64,000 nucleotides of DNA from IMG/VR virus record IMGVR_UViG_3300029705_006930; one strand, 5' to 3'. The notes under the pieces are model-generated. The model searched no databases. It saw only the letters and a program-made list of their open reading frames with translations, and had not been told where the DNA came from. The DNA is from a virus (taxonomy: Duplodnaviria > Heunggongvirae > Uroviricota > Caudoviricetes). The translations under genes were made by a program, and so were the position numbers. How positions within the stretch are numbered: the stretch's first letter is position 1; each line of letters begins with the position of its first letter. Positions 35,011-43,916 of the stretch are shown piece by piece.

Positions 35011-35412
35011 ATGAGCTCCTGGACACATATTGTTGCAGCAATGGCGGTTAATACATATGAGCGGAAAGACGATATTGCTGCTTATGTTCGTCACATTATG
35101 CGCGACGCTCCTAAAATTACAGGTAGTGAAAGTGATGCTGACATTTTTGTAGTCGAAAGACCGGGCCATGATATTGGCTGCTATCCTGATTGTGGACGGT
35201 GTCCATATGAAAATAGTGAAGGATGTAATCCACCTGAAGAATATGTATGCAAGAATGGGCATTATACAACTACGGTAATCATTACTGTTTTTGGTAATTT
35301 AAGAGACCGTCTAAAAGACCGTACCAAGCAAGAATATAAGGAGTTCAAAAAATATATCAAACAGCAAGGATGGTCTATTGAATATCAAACTTGCAATATT
35401 GAAGGATGGTAA
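35011..35412 (+). CDS. hypothetical protein
   Basis: AAAGGA SD. Confidence 0.6.
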   Translation: MSSWTHIVAAMAVNTYERKDDIAAYVRHIMRDAPKITGSESDADIFVVERPGHDIGCYPDCGRCPYENSEGCNPPEEYVCKNGHYTTTVIITVFGNLRDRLKDRTKQEYKEFKKYIKQQGWSIEYQTCNIEGW

Positions 35413-35413
35413 T

Positions 35414-35770
35414 ATGATAACACGAGAGAAATCTGTAGCAGAACTTTATCCTAACCTTGATGCTATTTGGACTGTTATGGTTATGGAAAAAGTAGAAAAA
35501 GATAAAGTTACTGGGCTAATTGATACTGGTTGTACAGTTGTTTGGGGCTGGTATAAAAATTACGAAGATGCTAAGCGAGCTGTAATAAATAATATTACTG
35601 ACATTTGGGAAGGTATTTATCACTATGCAGTCGTCCAGCGCATCACAGAAGGTATCATTCCTGTACCTCTTGATGAGGAGCACTGGTTTAAATATAATCG
35701 TTACACTCATCAGTACGATGAGATTAAAACGCCCGACCTTGGGCACTGTATGATTAGGTCAATAGGATAA
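35414..35770 (+). CDS. hypothetical protein
   Basis: ATG lies 2 nt after the previous stop. Confidence 0.6.
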   Translation: MITREKSVAELYPNLDAIWTVMVMEKVEKDKVTGLIDTGCTVVWGWYKNYEDAKRAVINNITDIWEGIYHYAVVQRITEGIIPVPLDEEHWFKYNRYTHQYDEIKTPDLGHCMIRSIG

Positions 35771-35785
35771 ACGGAGGTGAATCCA

Positions 35786-36598
35786 ATGATAGATTGTAAA
35801 TTTAATGTTGAAAGACGACTTCAGCATCTTGCTGATTATGTAAAGGTAAATGACTTGACGGATAAAAAGCTTGCAGTTTTGCAGGTGGGAGATAATCCAG
35901 CTTCTAATTCTTACATAAAAGGCAAGAAAAAAGATGCGGACAAAGTAGGAATAACAGTACATCATATTAAATACGAGAACGACATCACGACTGATAAAAT
36001 TATTGAAGATATCAAACAGCTCAATAATAATGATGATGTGCTGGGCATTATTGTTCAGATGCCAATTCCAGAACATCTGGACAAAGAAAAGATTATTTCA
36101 ACTATTATTGACAATAAAGACGTTGACGGTTTTAAAAAGACAAGTCCATTCTTGCCATGCACACCGCTTGGTATTATATCAATTTTGGACGACATTAAGT
36201 ATGATGTTAAAGGCAGGACTGTATGCATTTTAGGACAGGGTCATGTGGGACGACCATTGACTCAGCTTCTGATGGATAGAGGGGCAACAATTGTTAGCTG
36301 TAATAGCAAGACACCTTTGCTGCAACGCAATTGTTATATGCGAACAAGTGATGTCCTTATTAGTGCAGTTGGACGCAAAGATTTGGTATTGCCAGGTAAT
36401 TTTTGGGATATGTTTTCTCAACGTTATGAATTTCCAGAAGTAATGATTGATGTTGGCATTAATCGCGATGAAAATGGTAAATTGTGCGGAGACTTTAGCC
36501 CAGAACTTTATGATTATGTAGAGAAAATTACTCCAGTGCCAGGTGGAGTCGGTCTTTATACAAGAGTCTCACTGCTTGAGAACACTATATATAAATAA
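35786..36598 (+). CDS. folD: bifunctional methylene-THF dehydrogenase / methenyl-THF cyclohydrolase
   Basis: LAVLQVGDNPASNSYIKGKKK, GIIVQMPIP, KDVDGF, CTPLG, ILGQGHVGRPL, DVGIN and PVPGGVG occur in order. Confidence 0.85.
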   Translation: MIDCKFNVERRLQHLADYVKVNDLTDKKLAVLQVGDNPASNSYIKGKKKDADKVGITVHHIKYENDITTDKIIEDIKQLNNNDDVLGIIVQMPIPEHLDKEKIISTIIDNKDVDGFKKTSPFLPCTPLGIISILDDIKYDVKGRTVCILGQGHVGRPLTQLLMDRGATIVSCNSKTPLLQRNCYMRTSDVLISAVGRKDLVLPGNFWDMFSQRYEFPEVMIDVGINRDENGKLCGDFSPELYDYVEKITPVPGGVGLYTRVSLLENTIYK

Positions 36599-36619
36599 GT
36601 ATATAAAGGGGGAATGTCA

Positions 36620-36811
36620 ATGAGTGTAATGCAGTGTAAAAATCCAAACTGCAACATTGAATTTGAAGCTGGAAATAATTCAAGAAATACTAAATATTGT
36701 GAACGCTGCAGAAAAGAGATGCGGGATGCATATATGAAACAGTATCGTGCAACCCATCGACAGAAGAATATTGAGTATCAAAAACTGTATCGACGACATG
36801 CGGCACTTTAA
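36620..36811 (+). CDS. small basic zinc-ribbon protein
   Basis: CKNPNC...CERC. The second ATG lies 7 nt after AAGGGGG. Confidence 0.55.
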   Translation: MSVMQCKNPNCNIEFEAGNNSRNTKYCERCRKEMRDAYMKQYRATHRQKNIEYQKLYRRHAAL

Positions 36812-36876
36812 TTTGTTCTTGCAAAGAAAGTATGAAAAGAGTACTATGGAAGTAAGAACAGAAATGAGGTGTAGTT

Positions 36877-37770
36877 ATGATATTTGATTGGATTTTGGCA
36901 ACTGGGTTGGGAGCAGCATTGTTTGGCAAGACAATCAGTGAACAAGCTAATAAAAAAATAATCATGCAATCACAAATTGATAAGGAAAAGAAAATTGCAG
37001 ATGCTAAAGCCAGTTTGAAAGATGAATACATTAAGACATTTCATCATTATTGGTCTCATCCAGAATTGGCACCAGTTTATTTAGGCCGCTATTTTGTTAG
37101 AGCAACAACTAAGGAAGAAATATGTGAAATTCTGAATAAAGAACTCAAAGATTTTATTCTAAGTTATGCAAAAGGCAACCATAAAAATTGTGTTGTGGAT
37201 TCAGTATTGTATCCTGAAAATACATCAGCTATTTATATTTTAGAATCTATGCCTTTGATTATGACCAAAGAAGAACAAGAAAGAATCTTACAAGAAACCA
37301 ATTACAATCCTCCTGCATTAAGACGCAGAGATTTTCTAACGCCAGATTTTTTTTCAGAAGAATATCCAGATGATATCATTATAGATATGAATGAATATTG
37401 TTATTATGGAGCACAGCCTTGGAAATATATGAAATTTACCACAGGTTCACCATATGCTATGTATCATCAAAAGCACTGTATAAAAACAAAAATATATTTA
37501 CAGCATGAAAATGACCCCAAGTTTCGCCGGGCGGCCAATGGGTTAGGCAGAATGCCTCTTACACCAGAAGAAATGAGAACGCCTAAAGATATAAAACGGT
37601 CATATCCATACAATAGAAATAATCAAGAAGAACGCAAGTTTTACGCTGTTGCTCTTACAGATGAATATTATCGTTTAAAAGGGGAAACTATATCGATAGC
37701 TGACCTGAAACTACTATTGCGTTATGCAAATATTAGTGAGGAATATCAGAAACAACACATTATTTGGTAA
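36877..37770 (+). CDS. membrane-anchored hypothetical protein (297 aa)
   Basis: GAGGTG SD. N-terminal TM segment. Confidence 0.65.
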   Translation: MIFDWILATGLGAALFGKTISEQANKKIIMQSQIDKEKKIADAKASLKDEYIKTFHHYWSHPELAPVYLGRYFVRATTKEEICEILNKELKDFILSYAKGNHKNCVVDSVLYPENTSAIYILESMPLIMTKEEQERILQETNYNPPALRRRDFLTPDFFSEEYPDDIIIDMNEYCYYGAQPWKYMKFTTGSPYAMYHQKHCIKTKIYLQHENDPKFRRAANGLGRMPLTPEEMRTPKDIKRSYPYNRNNQEERKFYAVALTDEYYRLKGETISIADLKLLLRYANISEEYQKQHIIW

Positions 37771-37905
37771 ACATTTCCAGTTGAAATTGGATAATTTAGG
37801 AAGATAATTAGAATATACAATGCTGGCAGTATCGTAAATAATTTTAACAACTATTGGTTGTGAGGTTTTATCACACAGCCTTCTAAAATTATGAGGTGAG
37901 CCAAA

Positions 37906-38322
37906 ATGTGTATTCTAATTATTATTTTTCTATTGAATTTTGGCAGTAAAAGGTATAATATTAGTTATACAATAACAACTAATGGTTGTAAAATTTCTAT
38001 GAAAGGAAAACACAATATGCCGAAATACTGTCTCAAAGATGTTTTTGCATCAATTACAGGTTGCATAAATGCAAACAATAAAAATTCAGCCACCAGTTGT
38101 TTATTGCGAGTCTTATTATTTTGTAATGAAGATTGTTGTGTAGAATTATATATTGATAATATAATTTATAATTCAGCTTCATACATAGAAAATGAGCATT
38201 TAATATTTACAGCAGGTAAAATGAATCAATTAAAAATATTTAAAATAAATAAATTTGAAACTAAAGGCGACAAAATATTTCTACAGGTAAACGATAATAC
38301 CGATATTATAATTTGCACATAA
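37906..38322 (+). CDS. hypothetical Cys-rich protein with hydrophobic N-terminus
   Basis: GAGGTGA SD 6 nt upstream. Confidence 0.55.
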   Translation: MCILIIIFLLNFGSKRYNISYTITTNGCKISMKGKHNMPKYCLKDVFASITGCINANNKNSATSCLLRVLLFCNEDCCVELYIDNIIYNSASYIENEHLIFTAGKMNQLKIFKINKFETKGDKIFLQVNDNTDIIICT

Positions 38323-38330
38323 ATTATTTA

Positions 38331-38353
38331 AAAAAGTTCTTCGGAACTTTTTA
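38331..38353 (+). terminator. intrinsic terminator
   Basis: AAAAGTTC-ttcg-GAACTTTT followed by T. Confidence 0.65.
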
Positions 38354-38420
38354 AAAACCTATTATCAAAAGATGGTTTGTGTGTTATTATTATAGTAGAA
38401 AACAGGAAAGGAGAAAGTGT

Positions 38421-38861
38421 ATGGGATTTAAGTTTATACCTACAACAACAATTCCAAAGTCGGGCGAAATTCGGCTTGGATATGTAAATGCAGATAATGG
38501 CAACCATAAATATACTGGTATCAGACCATATTTGATTGTATCAAACAATGTGTACAATAACACATCAAACCACGCGGAAGTAATTCCTTTTACAACACGT
38601 AGATTTGACAGTAAAAATCCTGTACACATTCAGTTTCCAAAGGGTGAAGTTAAAGGCTTAAATGAAAATTCAACATTAGTAATTGAAGGCCGCACAACTC
38701 TGCCACATAACCAATTAACCGAACCAATTGGTTATTTCAATAGTGATAATTGGAAGAAGGCTGCGACTGGTCTTCTGTATCAGAATCCTCATATTAAATA
38801 TGCCTTTGATGAAGGAGTGCACAATACATTATTTTTTAATCATTTATTGACTGCTAAATAA
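38421..38861 (+). CDS. MazF/PemK-like endoribonuclease toxin fold
   Basis: GIRPYLIVSNNVYN...VIPFTT...PVHI...GLNENSTLVIEG matches the PemK pattern. Confidence 0.7.
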   Translation: MGFKFIPTTTIPKSGEIRLGYVNADNGNHKYTGIRPYLIVSNNVYNNTSNHAEVIPFTTRRFDSKNPVHIQFPKGEVKGLNENSTLVIEGRTTLPHNQLTEPIGYFNSDNWKKAATGLLYQNPHIKYAFDEGVHNTLFFNHLLTAK

Positions 38862-38883
38862 AACGACATCACCATATTTCATC

Positions 38884-38919
38884 TTGAAAAATTTACATAT
38901 TATTGTTATTATGTAAATT
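38884..38919 (+). promoter_or_regulatory. promoter TTGAAA-17 nt-TATTAT overlapped by a 10-bp inverted repeat
   Basis: TTGAAA at 38884-89 and TATTAT at 38907-12. AATTTACATA (38890-99) pairs with TATGTAAATT (38910-19). Confidence 0.55.
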
Positions 38920-38938
38920 ATAAGATGAGGTGAAATAC

Positions 38939-39931
38939 ATGGATTATACTCGATTAATTGATGAATTTTTAGATGCAGTTGCAAGAAATGAAAATCCAAA
39001 ACAGCATTATAATTATATAAAAGTATTTTCTATCATTAAGAACTATGTTATTGAGAAAAATAAAAGCCTGGAAGAAATGAACCTAAAAGAGCTGGATGAA
39101 TTATTTTTCACTCGCTTCACAGGCAGAGCAGATAGTATCAAGCGCATAGTCACTTATTGTCGTCGATATATAAGATGGCTGCAAACAACGGGCCATTTAT
39201 CTTTTAGGGACGCTGAAAGTCATATTTTATTTGACTTAAGATATTATAATACAAGTTATATTACATCACATAAATTGTATCGTGCAGCTAAATTAAGCAG
39301 TGTGTTTTTTAGTACCGAAGAATATGTTGATTATATGTCTACTGTTTTCGATGAAAAATTAACACAAGGCGACAACACTCGTTATTATACCGATATCGCA
39401 GTTTTTTATTTAAGCTGGTTGGGATTTACAATTGATGAAATGCTGAAATTGAAGAAAAATGATTTTGATTTTTCATCGCGAACTATTGCCGGCAAATATA
39501 TCTCTGATGAGCGAATGCTTACCTTTTTAAACAAGTATAACCAATCTGATACTTATGAAAAATTACGCAAAGGCCATAATTTCACAACAGAAGAATATGT
39601 TTATAATGAATATGAGTTTTTAAAAGGGAAAACGACAGCTTTAAATGAGATGGCCATTTATAACATATTCCGAACAACACGACAACGTATCAATGAATTT
39701 AACAGGGATAATATAGATAATCAAATTGAAAATAAAGTTGATTTCAACAATATTAAAAAATCTGCACTGTTTGAATATATTTATACAGTCCAGAAGATTT
39801 CATATTTTGAAACAACAACTTCTGGTGTTGCTCTTTTCGCTTCGTTTATTAAAGATGAAATACCGACAAGTGCAATTATGCCGTTAATTGAAGATTATAA
39901 TCTATGGGTAGAAATTAGAGGCTCGCTGTAA
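38939..39931 (+). CDS. integrase-like protein lacking catalytic residues (SAM-like N-domain; likely DNA-binding or regulatory)
   Basis: The N-terminus resembles a tyrosine-recombinase core-binding domain. LSWLGFTIDEMLKLKKNDFD aligns to the box I region but with Thr in place of Arg. No HxxR or Tyr motif follows. Confidence 0.5.
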   Translation: MDYTRLIDEFLDAVARNENPKQHYNYIKVFSIIKNYVIEKNKSLEEMNLKELDELFFTRFTGRADSIKRIVTYCRRYIRWLQTTGHLSFRDAESHILFDLRYYNTSYITSHKLYRAAKLSSVFFSTEEYVDYMSTVFDEKLTQGDNTRYYTDIAVFYLSWLGFTIDEMLKLKKNDFDFSSRTIAGKYISDERMLTFLNKYNQSDTYEKLRKGHNFTTEEYVYNEYEFLKGKTTALNEMAIYNIFRTTRQRINEFNRDNIDNQIENKVDFNNIKKSALFEYIYTVQKISYFETTTSGVALFASFIKDEIPTSAIMPLIEDYNLWVEIRGSL

Positions 39932-39955
39932 AGGCGAGCTTCTAAATCACTCAAA

Positions 39956-40029
39956 TAACATACAAACCATCTTTTAATATAGGTTATGTATGTTCTTTTT
40001 TAAAACTTGTATAACATACAAATCATCTT
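39956..40029 (+). promoter_or_regulatory. two more copies of the 19-nt ATAACATACAAAYCATCTT motif
   Basis: Copies at 39956-39974 and 40011-40029. GTATGTT (39988-94) can pair with the first copy. Confidence 0.7.
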
Positions 40030-40060
40030 GGGAAAAGGGGCTGACAATATGAAATGAACC

Positions 40061-40738
40061 ATAAGAAGAGGAAGACGATTTTCCTCATGTATTTTATGTA
40101 CGTTTTTAATTTTAATATTTTCAATTTGTCCCACAGTTAATGCTTACGCATACAATGAGGGCACAAATTCAGATGTATATTCATTATATGGCAATTTTGA
40201 TATCAAGTTGAAGAAATATGCTTATTTGCAATGTCGACAAAATAATTTGTCATACTCCATGTTTTTAGCAGTCGTATACAACGAAAGCAGATTTCAGACA
40301 GATGCCGTGCACATAAATCAAAATGGTTCGATAGATAGAGGATTGTGTCAGATTAATGATGCTTGTTTTGACTTTTTATATAACAAGGGTGTTTTGAATT
40401 CAAAAGAAGAATTATTTAATCCTTATATAAATATCGACTGTTATATAGCACTGATGAAGTATCACAAAACGTATACAAGAGACGATAGCAAGGCATTACT
40501 TAGATATCAGGTAGGCGAAGGTAAATATCGCCGTAAATATAATGAAGGCACACTGACTAACCCAACACATCAAAGGGTTTTAGATTTGGAATTAAAATAT
40601 CGTACATATTTAAATTCTCTTTCAGCACAGTTAGAACTTCAGAATGTTATTACAACACCTTATTTGTTGAATGATTATCCGGAGTTAAATCGATTGTTGC
40701 TTTTTAAAATATATGACACACATAACATACTAATTTGA
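40061..40738 (+). CDS. secreted lytic transglycosylase (SLT domain); start unresolved
   Basis: SLT motifs VVYNESRF and GSIDRGLCQIN. The frame is open from 40058 and encodes the signal peptide RRGRRFSSCILCTFLILIFSICPTVNAYA. See the finding at 40034-40738. Confidence 0.7.
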   Translation: MRRGRRFSSCILCTFLILIFSICPTVNAYAYNEGTNSDVYSLYGNFDIKLKKYAYLQCRQNNLSYSMFLAVVYNESRFQTDAVHINQNGSIDRGLCQINDACFDFLYNKGVLNSKEELFNPYINIDCYIALMKYHKTYTRDDSKALLRYQVGEGKYRRKYNEGTLTNPTHQRVLDLELKYRTYLNSLSAQLELQNVITTPYLLNDYPELNRLLLFKIYDTHNILI

Positions 40739-40756
40739 AGGGATAGGTGACACAAA

Positions 40757-40945
40757 ATGTTAACAGGAAAAGTATATTGCGCTAATTGTGGTAAAGAACT
40801 CACAGAAATTGAAATAATGAATATGCAGCCAATGCAAATAACATTTCCTTTTGGAACTGAACATGATAGTGAGAATTTTACATTTAGTTTTTGCCATACT
40901 TGTTTAGACCATTTTGCTGATACATATTGTTCAATACCTAATTAA
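40757..40945 (+). CDS. small zinc-ribbon protein
   Basis: CANCGK...CHTC. Confidence 0.55.
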   Translation: MLTGKVYCANCGKELTEIEIMNMQPMQITFPFGTEHDSENFTFSFCHTCLDHFADTYCSIPN

Positions 40946-41006
40946 TTTACTCTTTGTTTTTTCGGCAAAAGCCTGAAAATAAATATTTTAAATGAAAAGG
41001 AGATTT

Positions 41007-42227
41007 ATGGAAACAAGATTTAGTTTTACCGGGAAACTTGTATTCCCAAAAGAAGGCTCTAAACAGCCTTTTGTGGTGTCCTCATCATACAAAGATGCTG
41101 GCTCACAGAAAGAAATTCCATCTTTGCGAATGAATGTCGGCATCCGCGAAGGTGAAGCAAATACTGCTTATATCAGTGCGTTTGGTTCAGCAGATAATGG
41201 CAGAGATATTTTCTCAATAGACAAAGACAATAACAAGATTTCGGTTGCTTGGAAAGACCGATTTGATGCAGATGTTATTGAATCTGTAGCTTCTTATCGT
41301 CTTTATACTGTTGACTTAGCTGACCCAGAACAGAAGGCAGATTTGCGAGAAGCACTTAAAACCGATGACTATTCTATTGTGTCTGAAAAATATGGTGTAA
41401 CAAATAAAGATGGTGCTGATGCAATGCTTAAAGCTTTGCAGTCAGAACGTAAACAGTTTATTACTTCATATGATTTTATTGAATACCTGTCAAAAGAACT
41501 TCCTAAATGCAAACACAAAGTAACTGCAACAGGTCGAGTACGTAAAAGATTTTATAAGGACAGATATTCTGATAATTTTGAAGTTACAGCTATTTATGCT
41601 GTAACCAATGACACAAAAGAAAAACTGAGTCTCACAATGGACTTGTACTACAACAAAGATTGTGTTGATGCAACTGACCTGGAAACTGAAAAACGTATTT
41701 ATGTAAACGGTTATGTGCAGCAGTACATCAATAAAGATGAGGGTAACAAAATGATGCCTCAGCAGGCAATTCTTGATTTGTCAAAGTATCAGCTTGAAAC
41801 AAACCCGCGACATAAACAGTTGGCTGACTATAAACGTAGCTATCTTGAAGGCTTAGACGAAGAATATGTACATATGAATTGGGAAGTGCGCTATCTCAAT
41901 GGTGCAGATGTGGTTGAGTTTACAAAAGATTTGCTTACTCCGGCACAGCTTGCTCAGGTGGAACTTGGCATAAAAAATGTGGAAGATTTTAAACCACGCG
42001 GAAACATTTTTGGTGAACGAGTTGTCGAATATCGTCTTGCTGACCCAAAACTTATGGGTGATTTTGCTGATGGTTTGGTAAAAACAGGTGAGTATCCAAA
42101 TGAATTTGAAGCTCAGATTTATGTTCCTAACAAGACAGTAAATATTGAAGCAGAAGTTGCAAAAGTTACAGCACCTAAAGAAACTAAAAAAGCAATTGAC
42201 GAAATCAGTGAAGAAGACCTCTTTTAA
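41007..42227 (+). CDS. putative ssDNA-binding protein (acidic EEDLF C-terminus)
   Basis: Sits at the head of the replication module. The N-terminus FSFTGKLVFPKEG is OB-like and the tail is EISEEDLF. No firm domain call. Confidence 0.35.
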   Translation: METRFSFTGKLVFPKEGSKQPFVVSSSYKDAGSQKEIPSLRMNVGIREGEANTAYISAFGSADNGRDIFSIDKDNNKISVAWKDRFDADVIESVASYRLYTVDLADPEQKADLREALKTDDYSIVSEKYGVTNKDGADAMLKALQSERKQFITSYDFIEYLSKELPKCKHKVTATGRVRKRFYKDRYSDNFEVTAIYAVTNDTKEKLSLTMDLYYNKDCVDATDLETEKRIYVNGYVQQYINKDEGNKMMPQQAILDLSKYQLETNPRHKQLADYKRSYLEGLDEEYVHMNWEVRYLNGADVVEFTKDLLTPAQLAQVELGIKNVEDFKPRGNIFGERVVEYRLADPKLMGDFADGLVKTGEYPNEFEAQIYVPNKTVNIEAEVAKVTAPKETKKAIDEISEEDLF

Positions 42228-42238
42228 GGAGAAAGTAA

Positions 42239-43393
42239 ATGGGATTTGGTAAAAAGAACAGAGTGGACTTGAATCCGCTTCATTATAATATAGGCCTTTT
42301 GGGTGAAGGTGGTATCGGTAAAACTACATTGTTTAAAGAAGTTTGTGAAACTCTTGCGCCAGAAGTAAATGGTGCAAGCGGATATCTTCATTTGGACATT
42401 GGTAAAGAGGATGGTTCAGAAGCGCTCGAAGGTCTTAATTCAGAAAAGGTTCGTAATTGGGCAAAATTTGCAGCAGTTGTAGATGATATTGTAAAGAATA
42501 AATATACTGACCCTGATTATGCCAATTTGCAAACAGTTATTGTGGATACATGGGATGAACTTATTAAAATTACAGAACCTGAAGTAATCCGTTTACACAA
42601 TAAAGAAAATCCAGATAAACCTAAAATTACTTCTATTAAACAGGCATATGGTGGATTCTCTGGTGGCCCGGATAAAGTAACTGAGCTCATTTTGGATAAA
42701 CTTTGGGAACTTAAAGAAGTTGATGTGCACTTTATGACAATTATCCACACAAAATCTAAGGAAGTAGATGACCCTGTTACTGGTGCATCATATTCAATTC
42801 TGACATCAGATACTACTCAGAGATATTTCAATGCTCTGAAAAATAAACTGCATTTCCTTGGTGTTGCTTATGTCGACAGAACCATTGTCAAGGAAAAAAC
42901 TGGCAAGAAAGATATTATGACTAAGAAGGATATTGAACGTAGTATTGTAACAGATGAAAAGCGTGTAATTAAATTCAGAGATAATAACTATAGTGTGGAT
43001 GCAAAATCACGTTTTGCAGAAATTACAGATAGTGTACCTTTTGATAAAGATGAATTCATTAAAGCTATCCAGGATGCAATCCTTGCTGAAAGTGCAAAAG
43101 GTAATCGTACAGAAGAAGAAAATAAAAAGCTACAGAAGGAAGCAGACGCAAAGAAAACAGAACAGGCAAAATCATATGCAAAATCTAAGGTGGAAGCTGA
43201 AGACTATGCTGAAAAATCCAATGAATATATTGCATATATCAAAGACAATTTCACCAAATGTACTGCTGCAACCAAAGCAGAAGTAAAAGCAACTATGGCT
43301 GAATACAACTTTGAAAAATTTACTGATGACAATATTCCGCTTGAGGCATTGGAAAAGATTACCAATATTATTTCAGCTTCATTGAAAGGTTAA
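42239..43393 (+). CDS. P-loop ATPase, RecA-superfamily (Sak4/AAA_24-like)
   Basis: Walker A GEGGIGKTT and Walker B VIVDTWDE. Confidence 0.55.
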   Translation: MGFGKKNRVDLNPLHYNIGLLGEGGIGKTTLFKEVCETLAPEVNGASGYLHLDIGKEDGSEALEGLNSEKVRNWAKFAAVVDDIVKNKYTDPDYANLQTVIVDTWDELIKITEPEVIRLHNKENPDKPKITSIKQAYGGFSGGPDKVTELILDKLWELKEVDVHFMTIIHTKSKEVDDPVTGASYSILTSDTTQRYFNALKNKLHFLGVAYVDRTIVKEKTGKKDIMTKKDIERSIVTDEKRVIKFRDNNYSVDAKSRFAEITDSVPFDKDEFIKAIQDAILAESAKGNRTEEENKKLQKEADAKKTEQAKSYAKSKVEAEDYAEKSNEYIAYIKDNFTKCTAATKAEVKATMAEYNFEKFTDDNIPLEALEKITNIISASLKG

Positions 43394-43397
43394 AAGA

Positions 43398-43916
43398 ATG
43401 GCAAGAATAGTTACTTGTGCTGTGACAAAAGAAAAAGGAACCAGTGATGTTTTTTATAAGGCGGACAATGGAAAATGGTATAAGAGCGAATCTGTATTTC
43501 GTCAGTTTCAGAAAGATAAACACACCAGAGAAACTATTCAACGTGTTTTACTTACATATCTTGGATATCAGAAAGGAGAGCCATTTCCGGCTCTCCTCAA
43601 CAAAAAGATAAAAGAATATTCTTTTTATTCACCAGAAGTATTGCTTGAAACAATTACAAAGTGTGAAAAAGACATTACATGGGCATTCAATAATAAAGAA
43701 TTTTCTTCTACACAAGGCAAAATATTTTATATGTTTGCAATCATTTCAAATCATATCAGTGATGTGAATAGACAAAACAATAAAGTGAATGAGCTAAGAA
43801 ATAAACAAACTCAAAAACACATCGATACCATCCAAGAAATGGACATTTCAACCATCGGCACATCAAAAAAAGGTAAAGATATTACGGATTTCTTGGAGGA
43901 TGATTTATGGAATTAG
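43398..43916 (+). CDS. hypothetical protein (C-terminus FLEDDLWN)
   Basis: ORF track. Sits in the replication module. Confidence 0.6.
   Translation: MARIVTCAVTKEKGTSDVFYKADNGKWYKSESVFRQFQKDKHTRETIQRVLLTYLGYQKGEPFPALLNKKIKEYSFYSPEVLLETITKCEKDITWAFNNKEFSSTQGKIFYMFAIISNHISDVNRQNNKVNELRNKQTQKHIDTIQEMDISTIGTSKKGKDITDFLEDDLWN

Noticed and set aside
37932-37960. Apparent promoter TTGAAT-15 nt-TATAAT inside ORF 37906-38322
   Set aside because: The spacing is suboptimal, and a strong SD (GAGGTGA) precedes ATG 37906, so the ORF probably starts upstream. The promoter-like match is likely due to AT-richness.
40055-40057. Genome-wide TGA reassignment (code 4/25) as the explanation for the in-frame TGA in the SLT gene
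   Set aside because: Many well-supported genes here terminate at TGA followed by spacers or SD sites (for example 7847-8071 and 19419-19832). No other motif-supported gene is interrupted by TGA.
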